Positions 18,216 to 27,354 of a DNA stretch of 32,000 nt are shown here, one piece after another. The DNA lies in contig OZ252279.1 of NCBI GenBank assembly GCA_965250005.1, positions 1,050,001 to 1,082,000 of the forward strand, in the 5' to 3' direction. The notes below the pieces were generated by a model, which was not told where the DNA came from, ran no database searches, and saw only the letters and a list, made by a program, of their open reading frames with translations. This DNA is from Demequinaceae bacterium. Lineage in GTDB: Bacteria > Actinomycetota > Actinomycetes > Actinomycetales > Demequinaceae. How positions within the stretch are numbered: the stretch's first letter is position 1; each line of letters starts with the position of its first letter. Position numbers and translations under genes: made by a program.

Positions 18216-19023
18216 TGTGCGAGTCCAGCGCGTACTCGACCGTCAGTGGCGCGTGATCGCTCCAGCGTTGGTCCCACGCCGCCGCGCGCTCTACCGTGAC
18301 CGCCGTTGCTGTGGCCGCCAAGTTCCGCGTCGCAAGTTGGTAGTCGATCCGCCAGCCTGCGTCATTGTCGAAAGCTCTGCCGCGCATCGACCACCACGTG
18401 TACGGGCCCTCCTGCTCGCCCACCAGGGCTCGGTGGATGTCCACCCAACCGGCGTCGAACCACCGGTCAAGGTAGGCGCGCTCTGCGGGCAGGAACCCCG
18501 CCTTCTTGAGATTGCCCTTCCAATTCTTGATGTCATTGTTGGCGTGGGCGATGTTGACGTCGCCCATCACCACCACGCGGTCGTACTGCAAATTGAGCTC
18601 CGCCATGCGCGCCGTCATCATGCCCAGGAACGCGAATTTGTCGTCCATCTTGGGCGTGCCTACCTCTCCTGAGTGAACGTAGACGCTGACGACCCGCACG
18701 GGACCTGCGGGCGAATCGACGGTCGCCTCAATCCAGCGGCCGGTGTACGTCGCCGTCGTCACGATCTCGCCCCCAACGCCGATTCCCTCGACGACGTCCG
18801 TGAGGGGTGTGCGCGATAAGACAGCAACGCCAGAGCGCCCCTTCTGCTCGCTCGCCTGCCTCGCGACCGCCCAGTCCGCACTGAAGGCTTCGTCCACGAT
18901 CTCGTCCGGAGCACGCACTTCCTGCAGACACACGACGTCCGCTGCTGAATGTGCGAGCCACGGCTCCATGCCCTTCTTCAGGGCAGCTCGCACACCATTG
19001 ACGTTAATCGTTGCGACGCGCAC
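18172..19023 (-). CDS. xthA: Exodeoxyribonuclease III family AP endonuclease
   Basis: RVATINVNGVRAA, VVCLQEVRA, VYVHSGEVGTPKMDDKFAFL, GDVNIAHANNDIKNWKGN, WRIDYQLATRNL, SDHAPLTVEY. GTG start at 19023. Confidence 0.94.
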   Translation of the reverse strand: MRVATINVNGVRAALKKGMEPWLAHSAADVVCLQEVRAPDEIVDEAFSADWAVARQASEQKGRSGVAVLSRTPLTDVVEGIGVGGEIVTTATYTGRWIEATVDSPAGPVRVVSVYVHSGEVGTPKMDDKFAFLGMMTARMAELNLQYDRVVVMGDVNIAHANNDIKNWKGNLKKAGFLPAERAYLDRWFDAGWVDIHRALVGEQEGPYTWWSMRGRAFDNDAGWRIDYQLATRNLAATATAVTVERAAAWDQRWSDHAPLTVEYALDSHTTYAETAGGRSPLQ

Positions 19024-20647
19024 TCAGATCCTCACTCCAGTTTCGTGGTTTCAGAAGCTTGTAGTTCACGACGATCGGCGTCACGACGACCAGCGCCAAC
19101 ATCACCAACACAGCGGATACAGTGGCCATTCCGCCTGGCGTCCATTCCGCCCACCTACCGATCGCCTGCCCGAGCGTTTCGTTCAACGGGTTGTAGAATC
19201 CCATGAACGCGGTGAGGAGCCCGAAGAGCCCCACTCCAAGGGACCCCGTTGGTAACCACATTGGGAAGCTGTCCTCGACGTGCCCCGCCGCGTACGCCTT
19301 GGCGATCCCGAGCGCGAACACAGCCGCGGCTGACCCAAGGATAATGAAAAGGAACCTCCCCGCGAGCGCGCCGTCGCGTATGCCATCTTGGTACCTTGCA
19401 TACTCCACAATTGACAACGCAAGGGCAACGTAGACACAGAAGCCCGCCAGCACGATCGAATCGATCCGGAACACGCGAGCATAGATCACGCCAATGGCGA
19501 TGCCCGCGAGGAAGATGAGAGAAAGCGCGAACGCAAAGACTGGAACGAAAGATACCTCGAAGTAACTGAACGACCCCCAGAAAGAGACCATCGTGTCACT
19601 CGCGGTCGCTGCAATGAACTCCCAGAAGGATACGCTCTCGCCTGTCAGCCCACCTAGGCGCGACTCCTCCAGAAACGGGCTCGCCCGCTCAGTGCCGCTA
19701 ACCACCTGGCCGAAGGATGCACCCGAAACCCACCAGATGCCGCCCACGAAGAACGCGATGCCAATTGCCGCGCCCGCGCGCGCGAGATCACTGCGCCACT
19801 TCGAAGCAGGGCGCGCCAGCACAAAACCGGCGAGAATGAGCGGCAGCATGAAGACGATGACAGCGTGCATGAGCATGCCGAGCCCATAGACCACGCCGAC
19901 GAGCGCGGTGCGCCTCCAACTGGGCCCGTGATGCATGACGAGGGTGACAGCCGCAGTCAAACTGAGGGCGGCGACTACGAATCCGACGGTACTGCCGACC
20001 ACGGTAGTTATGTGGGCGAGTTCAGGAATCGAGAGCGGGATGAATGCGGCAGTCGCTGCAGCCCATTTCTTGGTCGAGATGTGCTTGGCCGCAGCCGCAA
20101 CAAGCGCGGGAATCCACATCGCCATAAGCACGTTGATGAATCGCGCGAACTGCAATTGCGTGTGCCAACTCGTTCCCTCAAGATCCGCCGTTGTTGCGGC
20201 GGTCGCCTGAATCCAATAGTAAAGCGGTGGGTCCACTCCCGAATTGTCGGGAATGGCGACAGCCTCGGCTGGCCGGATCGCGTTCTCGGCGTCAATCGCT
20301 GTGTACTCCGCGGGCGGTGTGAGCGACGCAAACTTCTCGACGCCCCACTGCGCGTCCGAGCGCGGTAGCGAGGCTGCAAATCCCGCTTCCTGCATCGCGT
20401 CCCACACGCCCTGCGAGATGACCGCGTCACCGGGGCTAGCCCACGTGTCCGCGTACTCGAGCTGAAGCACTGCATTGAAGGCCTCATGCTCGTGCAGGCC
20501 TCGAAATGGGGGAGTTATGAGCATCCACACGAGCAGCACCGCCGTGAAGGCCAGAGTCGCTGCCAGCACCGCATACTGGTAGGCGCGATCAGAGATGTCA
20601 CCGTCGTGGACGTGGGAATGCCTTGCTGAAGGTCCCATATGCTTCAA
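19004..20647 (-). CDS. Polytopic membrane protein, DUF2142-like
   Basis: 547 aa, about ten or more hydrophobic helices; DPPLYYWIQATAA, RFINVLMAMWIPALVAAA consistent with DUF2142-type proteins. Confidence 0.7.
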   Translation of the reverse strand: MKHMGPSARHSHVHDGDISDRAYQYAVLAATLAFTAVLLVWMLITPPFRGLHEHEAFNAVLQLEYADTWASPGDAVISQGVWDAMQEAGFAASLPRSDAQWGVEKFASLTPPAEYTAIDAENAIRPAEAVAIPDNSGVDPPLYYWIQATAATTADLEGTSWHTQLQFARFINVLMAMWIPALVAAAAKHISTKKWAAATAAFIPLSIPELAHITTVVGSTVGFVVAALSLTAAVTLVMHHGPSWRRTALVGVVYGLGMLMHAVIVFMLPLILAGFVLARPASKWRSDLARAGAAIGIAFFVGGIWWVSGASFGQVVSGTERASPFLEESRLGGLTGESVSFWEFIAATASDTMVSFWGSFSYFEVSFVPVFAFALSLIFLAGIAIGVIYARVFRIDSIVLAGFCVYVALALSIVEYARYQDGIRDGALAGRFLFIILGSAAAVFALGIAKAYAAGHVEDSFPMWLPTGSLGVGLFGLLTAFMGFYNPLNETLGQAIGRWAEWTPGGMATVSAVLVMLALVVVTPIVVNYKLLKPRNWSEDLSARRND

Positions 20648-20723
20648 CCTTCACACGGCCAGGCGCCGCCGTCCAGTCGAACGCCGTGTGCCGCGGCGGC
20701 TCCAGAGGCAGCGCGAGGACGTG

Positions 20724-21620
20724 CTACGCGGAGTTTCGTTCCGCCATTTCGATCACGTTCTGGAGGAGTAGCGCTCGCGTCATCGGGCCGACGCCACCTG
20801 GGTTCGGCGAATACCAGGAGGCCTTGGCGCGTGCGCCTTCGGCAATATCTCCTGCGACTCGCGCTATGCCAGTCTTGGGGTCTGTCACGCGGCTCACTCC
20901 CACATCAATGAGGATTACGCCGTCCTTGACCATCTCACCCGAAATGATATCCGGAACGCCAACTGCCGCCACCACGACGTCGGCGTGACGAGTATGGGTC
21001 GCCAGGTCTTGGGTTCCCGTGTGGCACAACGTGACCGTAGCGTTCACGGCCTTGCGCGTCAGCAGCAGCCCGATGCTGCGACCTACGGTCGTGCCACGGC
21101 CCACCACCACGATCTCCTTGCCACGTAGGGAAATCCCGTGGCGCTCGATGAGCTCGATAATCCCGTGGGGAGTGCACGGCAGCGGCGTATGGATGTCCTC
21201 GCCCACGCGCAGCACGAGACGGCCAAGGTTGGTCGGGTGAAGCCCATCCGCGTCTTTCTTGGGGTCCACCTGCTCGAGCACAGCGTTCGTATCGACGCCG
21301 TCCGGCAGGGGAAGCTGCACGATGAAGCCCGTACAGTCCGGATCCGCATTGAGGCGCGCGACGGCGGCTTCAATTTCCTGCTGCGTTGCCGTTGCAGGCA
21401 GGTCTTCGCGAATCGACGAAATACCCACTTCGGCGCAATCCTTGTGCTTACCCGCCACGTACCAGGTCGAGCCCGGATCGTCTCCCACGAGTAACGTACC
21501 GAGCCCGGGAGTGACTCCGCGCTCAACGAGCGCAGTCACCCTCGTGGCCAGTTCGGCTTTGATGGTGACGGCAGTTGCCTTGCCGTCGAGTCGCTGAGGC
21601 GGGCTGTCGGTTGCAGTCAT
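20724..21620 (-). CDS. folD: Bifunctional methylenetetrahydrofolate dehydrogenase/cyclohydrolase
   Basis: [80 protein letters not shown]. Start MTATDSPPQ at 21620. Confidence 0.95.
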   Translation of the reverse strand: MTATDSPPQRLDGKATAVTIKAELATRVTALVERGVTPGLGTLLVGDDPGSTWYVAGKHKDCAEVGISSIREDLPATATQQEIEAAVARLNADPDCTGFIVQLPLPDGVDTNAVLEQVDPKKDADGLHPTNLGRLVLRVGEDIHTPLPCTPHGIIELIERHGISLRGKEIVVVGRGTTVGRSIGLLLTRKAVNATVTLCHTGTQDLATHTRHADVVVAAVGVPDIISGEMVKDGVILIDVGVSRVTDPKTGIARVAGDIAEGARAKASWYSPNPGGVGPMTRALLLQNVIEMAERNSA

Positions 21621-21633
21621 AGCGTTCCGCCCG

Positions 21634-22926
21634 CTACTGCTGGAGACCGGCATAGAGGGGAAACTCGCCCGTTAACTTGTCCACACGCTTGCGCAGCGCC
21701 GCAGTATCCGCACCACCCTTGAGGGCGGTAGCGATCACGTCGGCCACCTCGGTGAATTCGTCTGCGCCAAAGCCTCGCGACGCGAGAGCCGCGGTGCCGA
21801 TTCGGACGCCAGACGTCACCATCGGCGGGCGCGGATCAAACGGCACCGCGTTGCGGTTGACGGTGATGCCACACTCGTCCAGTAGATCTTCCGCTTGCTG
21901 GCCGTCGAGTTCGCTGTCGCGCAGGTCAACTAGCACCAGGTGGACATCTGTGCCGCCCGTGACGACATTGACGCCACCCTCGACCGCATCAGGCGCAGTG
22001 AGGCGCTCCGCGAGGATTTGCGCGCCCTCGAGCACGCGGGCCGCCCGCGCCCTAAATTCGTCACCTGCGGCCGCCTTGAGTGCCACAGCCTTGGCCGCGA
22101 TGACGTGCATCAGCGGCCCGCCCTGCTGGCCCGGGAACACTGCGGAGTTGAGTTTCTTAGCGAGCTCAAGGTCGCGGGACACGATGAGCCCTGAACGCGG
22201 GCCGCCGAGCGTCTTGTGGATGGTGGACGACACCACGTCGGAGTGAGGTACGGGTGACGGGTGAAGGTCGGCTGCAACGAGGCCAGCGAAGTGGGCCATG
22301 TCTGTCCAAAGCTTGGCGCCTATCTCGTCTGCGATCTCACGGAACGCCGCGAAGTCGAGGTGACGGGGGTACGCGGACCATCCAGCGATGATGACGTCCG
22401 GGCGCTCGGCAAGCGCTTGTTCGCGGACTTGCTCCATCTGCACGCGGTGCGTCTGCTCGTCGACGCCATACGCGGCGACCTGGTAGAGCTTGCCAGAGAA
22501 GTTCAGTTTCATTCCGTGGGTGAGGTGGCCGCCATGCGGGAGCGCGAGGCCCATGATCTTGTCCCCAGGGTTAATCAGGGCGTGGAGCACCGCGGCGTTG
22601 GCTGTGGCGCCCGAATGTGGCTGGACGTTGGCGTACTCAGCACCAAACAGGCTCTTGGCGCGCTCGATGGCGAGAACCTCAGCCTTGTCCACCTCTTCGC
22701 AGCCGCCGTAGTAGCGGCGGCCGGGGTAGCCCTCGGCGTACTTGTTGGTGAGCACACTGCCTTGTGCTTGGAGCACGCTGCGTGGCACAAAGTTTTCGGA
22801 TGCGATCATCTCGAGCGTGCCCTGTTGGCGAGCGAGCTCGCCGTCAAGAATCGCCGCGATCGCGGGATCGTAGTCCTGCAGCGTCGCGTTCATCACGGCT
22901 GCGGTTGCGGCGGCATCGGTAGTCAT
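21634..22926 (-). CDS. glyA: Serine hydroxymethyltransferase
   Basis: [84 protein letters not shown] (minus strand of 22933-22938). Confidence 0.97.
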   Translation of the reverse strand: MTTDAAATAAVMNATLQDYDPAIAAILDGELARQQGTLEMIASENFVPRSVLQAQGSVLTNKYAEGYPGRRYYGGCEEVDKAEVLAIERAKSLFGAEYANVQPHSGATANAAVLHALINPGDKIMGLALPHGGHLTHGMKLNFSGKLYQVAAYGVDEQTHRVQMEQVREQALAERPDVIIAGWSAYPRHLDFAAFREIADEIGAKLWTDMAHFAGLVAADLHPSPVPHSDVVSSTIHKTLGGPRSGLIVSRDLELAKKLNSAVFPGQQGGPLMHVIAAKAVALKAAAGDEFRARAARVLEGAQILAERLTAPDAVEGGVNVVTGGTDVHLVLVDLRDSELDGQQAEDLLDECGITVNRNAVPFDPRPPMVTSGVRIGTAALASRGFGADEFTEVADVIATALKGGADTAALRKRVDKLTGEFPLYAGLQQ

Positions 22927-22997
22927 GGCAATCCTCCTGGGCCCTGGGGGACACGGGTCAAGGCGGGCAGGCCGCCGGTTGGGTAGTGCTCCGGTGA

Positions 22998-23080
22998 CGG
23001 TGACCCAGGCGTGCGACCAACAGTCGGTAATGCGGCGTCGCTTCCCTGTGGTGTCCCACTGCGCCAGTCACGACTCCACC
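22998..23080 (-). ncRNA. ZTP/ZMP-sensing riboswitch (pfl RNA motif) in the glyA 5' leader
   Basis: Minus-strand sequence GGAGUCGUGACUGGCGCAGUGGGACACCACAGGGAAGCGACGCCGCAUUACCGACUGUUGGUCGCACGCCUGGGUCACC. The CGUGACUGGCG, hairpin-GGGAAGCG and CGCCUGGG elements match the pfl motif consensus, in its known glyA context. Confidence 0.93.
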
Positions 23081-23117
23081 AGTCTAGCCGATGCAGACCA
23101 GTACGCGGGAGCTTGCG

Positions 23118-24011
23118 CTACGGGCGCGGAGAATGCCGTGCATCAGGCCCGCGGTCGGGCGGACTGGTTCCACCTTCGGACCGCGAGGCGAGTTCGAGAC
23201 TCAACTCGACGGCGGCCTCGACTTGCGGTGACACGCGAACGTGGGCGCCCCCGATCCAGTCGCGGAAGCGATCCCAACGCGCGTGGTATTCCTCCGAGAA
23301 GCGGCGGACTGCGCGCGCTCGCCTGGCGTCGCCGTAGTACCGTCGCGCCCAGAACGACGTCGGCTTCGCCAGCCTCGCCGCGCACAGGATTGCGATGCCC
23401 GGGACCACTACACCGATGATCCCCAGGTGGCGCTTGCCCTTGAGGAAGGCGACCACCACAAGCGCGAAGTGAAGAACGAGCACGACCGTCGTCGCCCACC
23501 GCCCACCGGACGACGCGTCAGTGATGCCAACGGGCGACACTTGCACGAGCATCGCCACGGCAACCGCCACAGCCACGAGAATCGCGTCAATGGATTTTCG
23601 CCCCTCCGCGGTCCAGTAGACGTCGTCCAAGTGCACCCACAGGGCGAACTCATCGAGGGCGAGGGCCGCACCTGCTCCGAATGCGAATGCGAGGACCTCG
23701 ACCCATGGGCGATCGGGCGCAAAGCGAAACTCCAGCAGTCCGGCAGTCAGCGCGAGCAGTATCCCCCACACCTGATGGTGCACGTGGACCCCGCCAATGT
23801 GAATGTTCGCGAGTACGCCGCCTAGAGCGTCGCGCCCCTGCGCGGTGGCCACCGCCTGGGCAGCACGAATTCGGCGAGTGATCGCACGCGTGACCACGAA
23901 CGTGAGAACAAAGCCGACGAAGAGCCATAGCGCGGGCGATCGTCCCGTCGCAACAACGTACTGCTCGTACCAGGAGGTCACTACTTGCACGGACTCCTTC
24001 GCGTCTGGCAC
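23118..24011 (-). CDS. Integral membrane protein of unknown function
   Basis: 297 aa with multiple TM helices and a NIHIGGVHVHHQVWGILLAL motif; GTG start. Confidence 0.75.
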   Translation of the reverse strand: MPDAKESVQVVTSWYEQYVVATGRSPALWLFVGFVLTFVVTRAITRRIRAAQAVATAQGRDALGGVLANIHIGGVHVHHQVWGILLALTAGLLEFRFAPDRPWVEVLAFAFGAGAALALDEFALWVHLDDVYWTAEGRKSIDAILVAVAVAVAMLVQVSPVGITDASSGGRWATTVVLVLHFALVVVAFLKGKRHLGIIGVVVPGIAILCAARLAKPTSFWARRYYGDARRARAVRRFSEEYHARWDRFRDWIGGAHVRVSPQVEAAVELSLELASRSEGGTSPPDRGPDARHSPRP

Positions 24012-24022
24012 CGGGCCCGACG

Positions 24023-24559
24023 CTAGTTGTCGCCGCGCACTACGGTGTCATCATCCAGGTCCTCGTCAACGAGCACGCCTGCCTCGAGCACCTTCTTAAG
24101 GTACGCATAGGTGAGGTCGCCAGCGACTTGATCGAACTGGTGGTCGTACCCGGCCTTGTTGTACAACGCGAGGTTGTGCTTAGAGTTCTGGCCGGTGAAG
24201 ACCCACACCTCGGTGGTGTTCTCAGGCAGATACGTAAGAACGGCAAACAGCAGCTGCGTTCCTATTCCTTGGCCCTGCACGTCAGGCGCAACAGCCAGGC
24301 GGCCAATCGTGGCCTTGTCGTCCTCGATTCCCACGCGAACCGAACCAACGAGCCGGTGCCCCGCCCACGCGCCGAGCGTGACGACATCCTCGGACCCCAG
24401 GTCGATGAGGAGCTCGTCGAACGTCTGAGTGAGCGCGGGAATGTTCGGGTCATTGAAGATCTGGGCTTCGGATACGAAGGCTGCTCGCCTAAGCGTCAAC
24501 AACTCGCCCGCGTGTTCCTGGGTCACCACATCGATACGTGCTTGGTCTTCATCACCCAT
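24023..24559 (-). CDS. GNAT family N-acetyltransferase
   Basis: VGSVRVGIEDDKATIGRLAVAPDVQGQGIGTQLLFAV (acetyl-CoA-binding motif), LYNKAGY. Confidence 0.88.
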   Translation of the reverse strand: MGDEDQARIDVVTQEHAGELLTLRRAAFVSEAQIFNDPNIPALTQTFDELLIDLGSEDVVTLGAWAGHRLVGSVRVGIEDDKATIGRLAVAPDVQGQGIGTQLLFAVLTYLPENTTEVWVFTGQNSKHNLALYNKAGYDHQFDQVAGDLTYAYLKKVLEAGVLVDEDLDDDTVVRGDN

Positions 24560-24620
24560 GAATACATCGTGTCATGCCGCCGTACAGGCGAACAGCGCCG
24601 CGCCCCAACATTTGCCAAAT

Positions 24621-24638
24621 GGTCACCGAACTGTGACC
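24621..24638. promoter_or_regulatory. Perfect inverted repeat GGTCAC-N6-GTGACC, candidate operator
   Basis: ggtcac cgaact gtgacc in the divergent GNAT/purU intergenic region. Confidence 0.45.
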
Positions 24639-24695
24639 GAACGCGTCCGCGCGCCACCATACCTGCTAGCCGCGCGATGCCGATACCCTGGGCAG

Positions 24696-25565
24696 ATGAA
24701 CGCCACAACGTCCGAAGATGCTGGCACCGCGTGGGTGCTGAGCCTGTCGTGCCCCGACGGCCCTGGGATCGTGCACGCTGTCTCGGGAGAGCTCGCCGAG
24801 CACGGCGGCAACATCACGGAATCCCAGCAGTTCGGGGATGCGGACACCGGCCTCTTCTTCATGCGAGTCGAGGTCACCTCTCCCGCGCCCCGAGCGGACA
24901 TCGAGGGGGCCATCGAGGCGCTAGCAACACGATTCTCGATGACGTGGAGGCTCGACCAAGCGGGACGCCGCATGCGCACAGTAGTGCTGGTCTCGAAGGC
25001 CGCACATTGCATCAACGACCTGCTATTCCGCGAGCGCGAGGGAACCCTTCCCATCGACGTGGTCGCCGTTGTCGGAAATCATGCCAACCTCAAGTCGCTC
25101 GCGGACTTCTACGGCAAGCCGTTCCACCACATCGGCGTCACCCCTGACACTAAGCCCGCCGCCGAGGCGTCGCTCCTCGAATTGATCGCCGACCTAGACG
25201 CAGAGCTGGTGGTGCTGGCGCGCTATATGCAGATCCTTTCGCCCACATTGTGCGAGGCGCTCGCGGGGCGCGCCATCAACATCCATCACTCGTTCTTGCC
25301 GTCCTTCAAGGGCGCGCGCCCCTACTTCCAGGCGCACGACCGCGGCGTCAAGCTCATCGGAGCCACGGCGCACTACGTGACGAGTGACCTAGACGAGGGC
25401 CCAATCATCGAGCAGGACGTGGAGCGCGTGGATCACTCGTTTACTCCAGCGACGCTGACCGCGACAGGCGCCGACGTCGAACGCCGGGCCCTGTCCAAGG
25501 CCGTGAAATGGCATGCGGAGCACCGGGTGTTGCTTGACGGGCATCGGACCGTCGTCTTCAAGTAG
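24696..25565 (+). CDS. purU: Formyltetrahydrofolate deformylase
   Basis: N-terminal ACT-like CPDGPGIVHAVSGELAEHGGNITESQQFGD; formyltransferase-fold core VVGNHANLKSLADFYGKPFHHI...NIHHSFLPSFKGARPYFQAHDRGVKLIGATAHYVTSDLDEGPIIEQ. Confidence 0.95.
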   Translation: MNATTSEDAGTAWVLSLSCPDGPGIVHAVSGELAEHGGNITESQQFGDADTGLFFMRVEVTSPAPRADIEGAIEALATRFSMTWRLDQAGRRMRTVVLVSKAAHCINDLLFREREGTLPIDVVAVVGNHANLKSLADFYGKPFHHIGVTPDTKPAAEASLLELIADLDAELVVLARYMQILSPTLCEALAGRAINIHHSFLPSFKGARPYFQAHDRGVKLIGATAHYVTSDLDEGPIIEQDVERVDHSFTPATLTATGADVERRALSKAVKWHAEHRVLLDGHRTVVFK

Positions 25566-25691
25566 GCGACGAAGACAATTCGAACCCGCGACAGCGGCAC
25601 GGAGTGCGCCACGATCGAAAGCCGCAGCCGCCCACTGCTGGGGGCAACCAACTCATCAATCCTGATCGTTGGGGCGGATTGCCCGGACGGT

Positions 25692-26567
25692 CTAGCCGCC
25701 CGCAAGAACGCGGGCAGGCGTCTCTGTGGCGGCGCGCTCAGCGACGGCACGCGGGACTCCCGCAGCAACCACCGCCTCCACCGCGCGGTCCATCGTCAGC
25801 GTTGACCCCGCCAGCGTGTTCGTTCCCGCGACGCGGGCCACGCCGTCGGTCACCTCAACCTCAAGTGAGCCGAGGTCGAAGTGCCCGTCCTGTGACGCCG
25901 CGGCCGCCATCGCGTCGGTGACGAGCACCACCCGGTCAGGCGTGGCCGCGAACAGCCATCGCAAGTTGACGGGCGAGACGTGTACGCCGTCTGCGATCAC
26001 CTCGATGAATACTCGGTCGTCGGCCAGAGCCGCGCCGAGCGGCCCCGGCTCTCGGCCCGCCACGGGCGGCATCGCGTTGAAAGCGTGCGTGACAAGAGTG
26101 GCTCCCGCGTCGAAGGCCGCGAGCGCTTGCTCGGCGCGGGCGTCGGTGTGGCCCACCGCGACCACGACGCCAGCTTCCCGGAACGCGCGCACGGCATCTA
26201 TCGCACCGGGCAACTCCGGAGCAATGGTGACTTGACGAAGTATCCCCGCCGACGCGGCGATTAGGGCGGCGAGGTCTTCGGCCGCGGGGTTCAGCAGCGC
26301 AGAGACGTCGTGAGCGCCCTTACGCGAAGCCGCGAGGAACGGCCCTTCAAGGTGGGCGCCCAATATCCCAGCGTCCCGCGCCATGGCCGCACGCACTACC
26401 TCGAGTTGCCTGGTTGTCTCGGCAAGGGGGCTCGATACGAGCGAGGCCACGACGCCTGCCGTGCCGTGCGAGCGGTGCGCTGCGGCCGCGGCGAGCGTGC
26501 CGTCGACGGTGCCCCCAAACGCGTGACCGCCTCCGCCGTGGCAGTGGATGTCAACGTAGGCCGCCAT
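25692..26567 (-). CDS. nagA: N-acetylglucosamine-6-phosphate deacetylase, compact form
   Basis: VDIHCHGGGGHAFGG, GAHLEGPFLAASRKGAHD, VGHTDA, VTHAFNAMPP, VIADGVHVSP, VTDAMAAA, ETPARVLAGG. Start MAAYVDIHC at 26567, directly after the nagB stop. Confidence 0.9.
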   Translation of the reverse strand: MAAYVDIHCHGGGGHAFGGTVDGTLAAAAAHRSHGTAGVVASLVSSPLAETTRQLEVVRAAMARDAGILGAHLEGPFLAASRKGAHDVSALLNPAAEDLAALIAASAGILRQVTIAPELPGAIDAVRAFREAGVVVAVGHTDARAEQALAAFDAGATLVTHAFNAMPPVAGREPGPLGAALADDRVFIEVIADGVHVSPVNLRWLFAATPDRVVLVTDAMAAAASQDGHFDLGSLEVEVTDGVARVAGTNTLAGSTLTMDRAVEAVVAAGVPRAVAERAATETPARVLAGG

Positions 26568-26571
26568 GACG

Positions 26572-27354
26572 CTATAGCCCCTGCCAATCTGGCTTGTTGG
26601 CTTGCGCCATACGGTAGTAGTCCAGGTGGACCAGCGCCGCGGAAGCGGGTTCATCAACTACGACGGTCACGTGCGGGTGAAGTTGGATTGCGGAGGCCGG
26701 CATGGACGCGGACAGCGGGCCTTCGAGGGCCGCCGCCACAGCATCCGCCTTGACCGCACCGAACGCGAGCATCACCAGGTGCCGCGCCCGCAGGATCGTG
26801 CCTAGGCCCTGAGTCACCGAGTGGAGCGGCACGTCCTCAGGTGAGTCGAAGAACCGCGCGTTGTCGCGGCGCGTTTGTTCGGTGAGCGTCTTCACGCGAG
26901 TCAGGGAGGCGAAACTCGACCCGGGCTCGTTGAACGCGATGTGCCCATCGGTGCCGACACCGAGTAGCTGCACGTCCACCCCGCCTGATGCGATGAGGAG
27001 CTGCTCGTATCGCTCCCCCGCGGTTTCAATCGTGGCTCGCGATCCATCCGGCACGTTTACGCGGCTCGGGTCGAGGCCAAGCGGCTTGGTCACTTCGCGA
27101 TCGACGACGGCGCGGTAACTCTCGGGGTGGTCCGGGGAAAGGCCCACATACTCGTCTAGCGCGAAAGCGCTGGACTGGGAGAAGTCGATCCCGTCGTCGG
27201 ATTGATCTGCGAGTGCGCGATACACGGGGATTGGTGTCGATCCCGTCGCTACCCCGAGACACAACGTTGGTTCGTCGGCAACCCTGCGCGCGATGTAGTC
27301 GCCCACCAGGGCCCCTGCGTCCGCGGGGGTGTCAACAACCAATACCTCAGCCAC
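26572..27354 (-). CDS. nagB: Glucosamine-6-phosphate deaminase
   Basis: LGVATGSTPIPVYRAL, FALDEYVGLSPDHPESYRA, LLGVGTDGHIAFNEPGSSF. GTG start at 27354 favoured. Confidence 0.94.
   Translation of the reverse strand: MAEVLVVDTPADAGALVGDYIARRVADEPTLCLGVATGSTPIPVYRALADQSDDGIDFSQSSAFALDEYVGLSPDHPESYRAVVDREVTKPLGLDPSRVNVPDGSRATIETAGERYEQLLIASGGVDVQLLGVGTDGHIAFNEPGSSFASLTRVKTLTEQTRRDNARFFDSPEDVPLHSVTQGLGTILRARHLVMLAFGAVKADAVAAALEGPLSASMPASAIQLHPHVTVVVDEPASAALVHLDYYRMAQANKPDWQGL

Noticed and set aside
22261-22986. 241-aa plus-strand ORF antisense to glyA and its leader
   Set aside because: Shadow of glyA; the upstream part overlaps the riboswitch leader.
25566-25691. Minus-strand GGGTTCGAAT resembling a tRNA T-loop in the purU/nagA gap
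   Set aside because: No matching acceptor, D or anticodon arms could be built around it.
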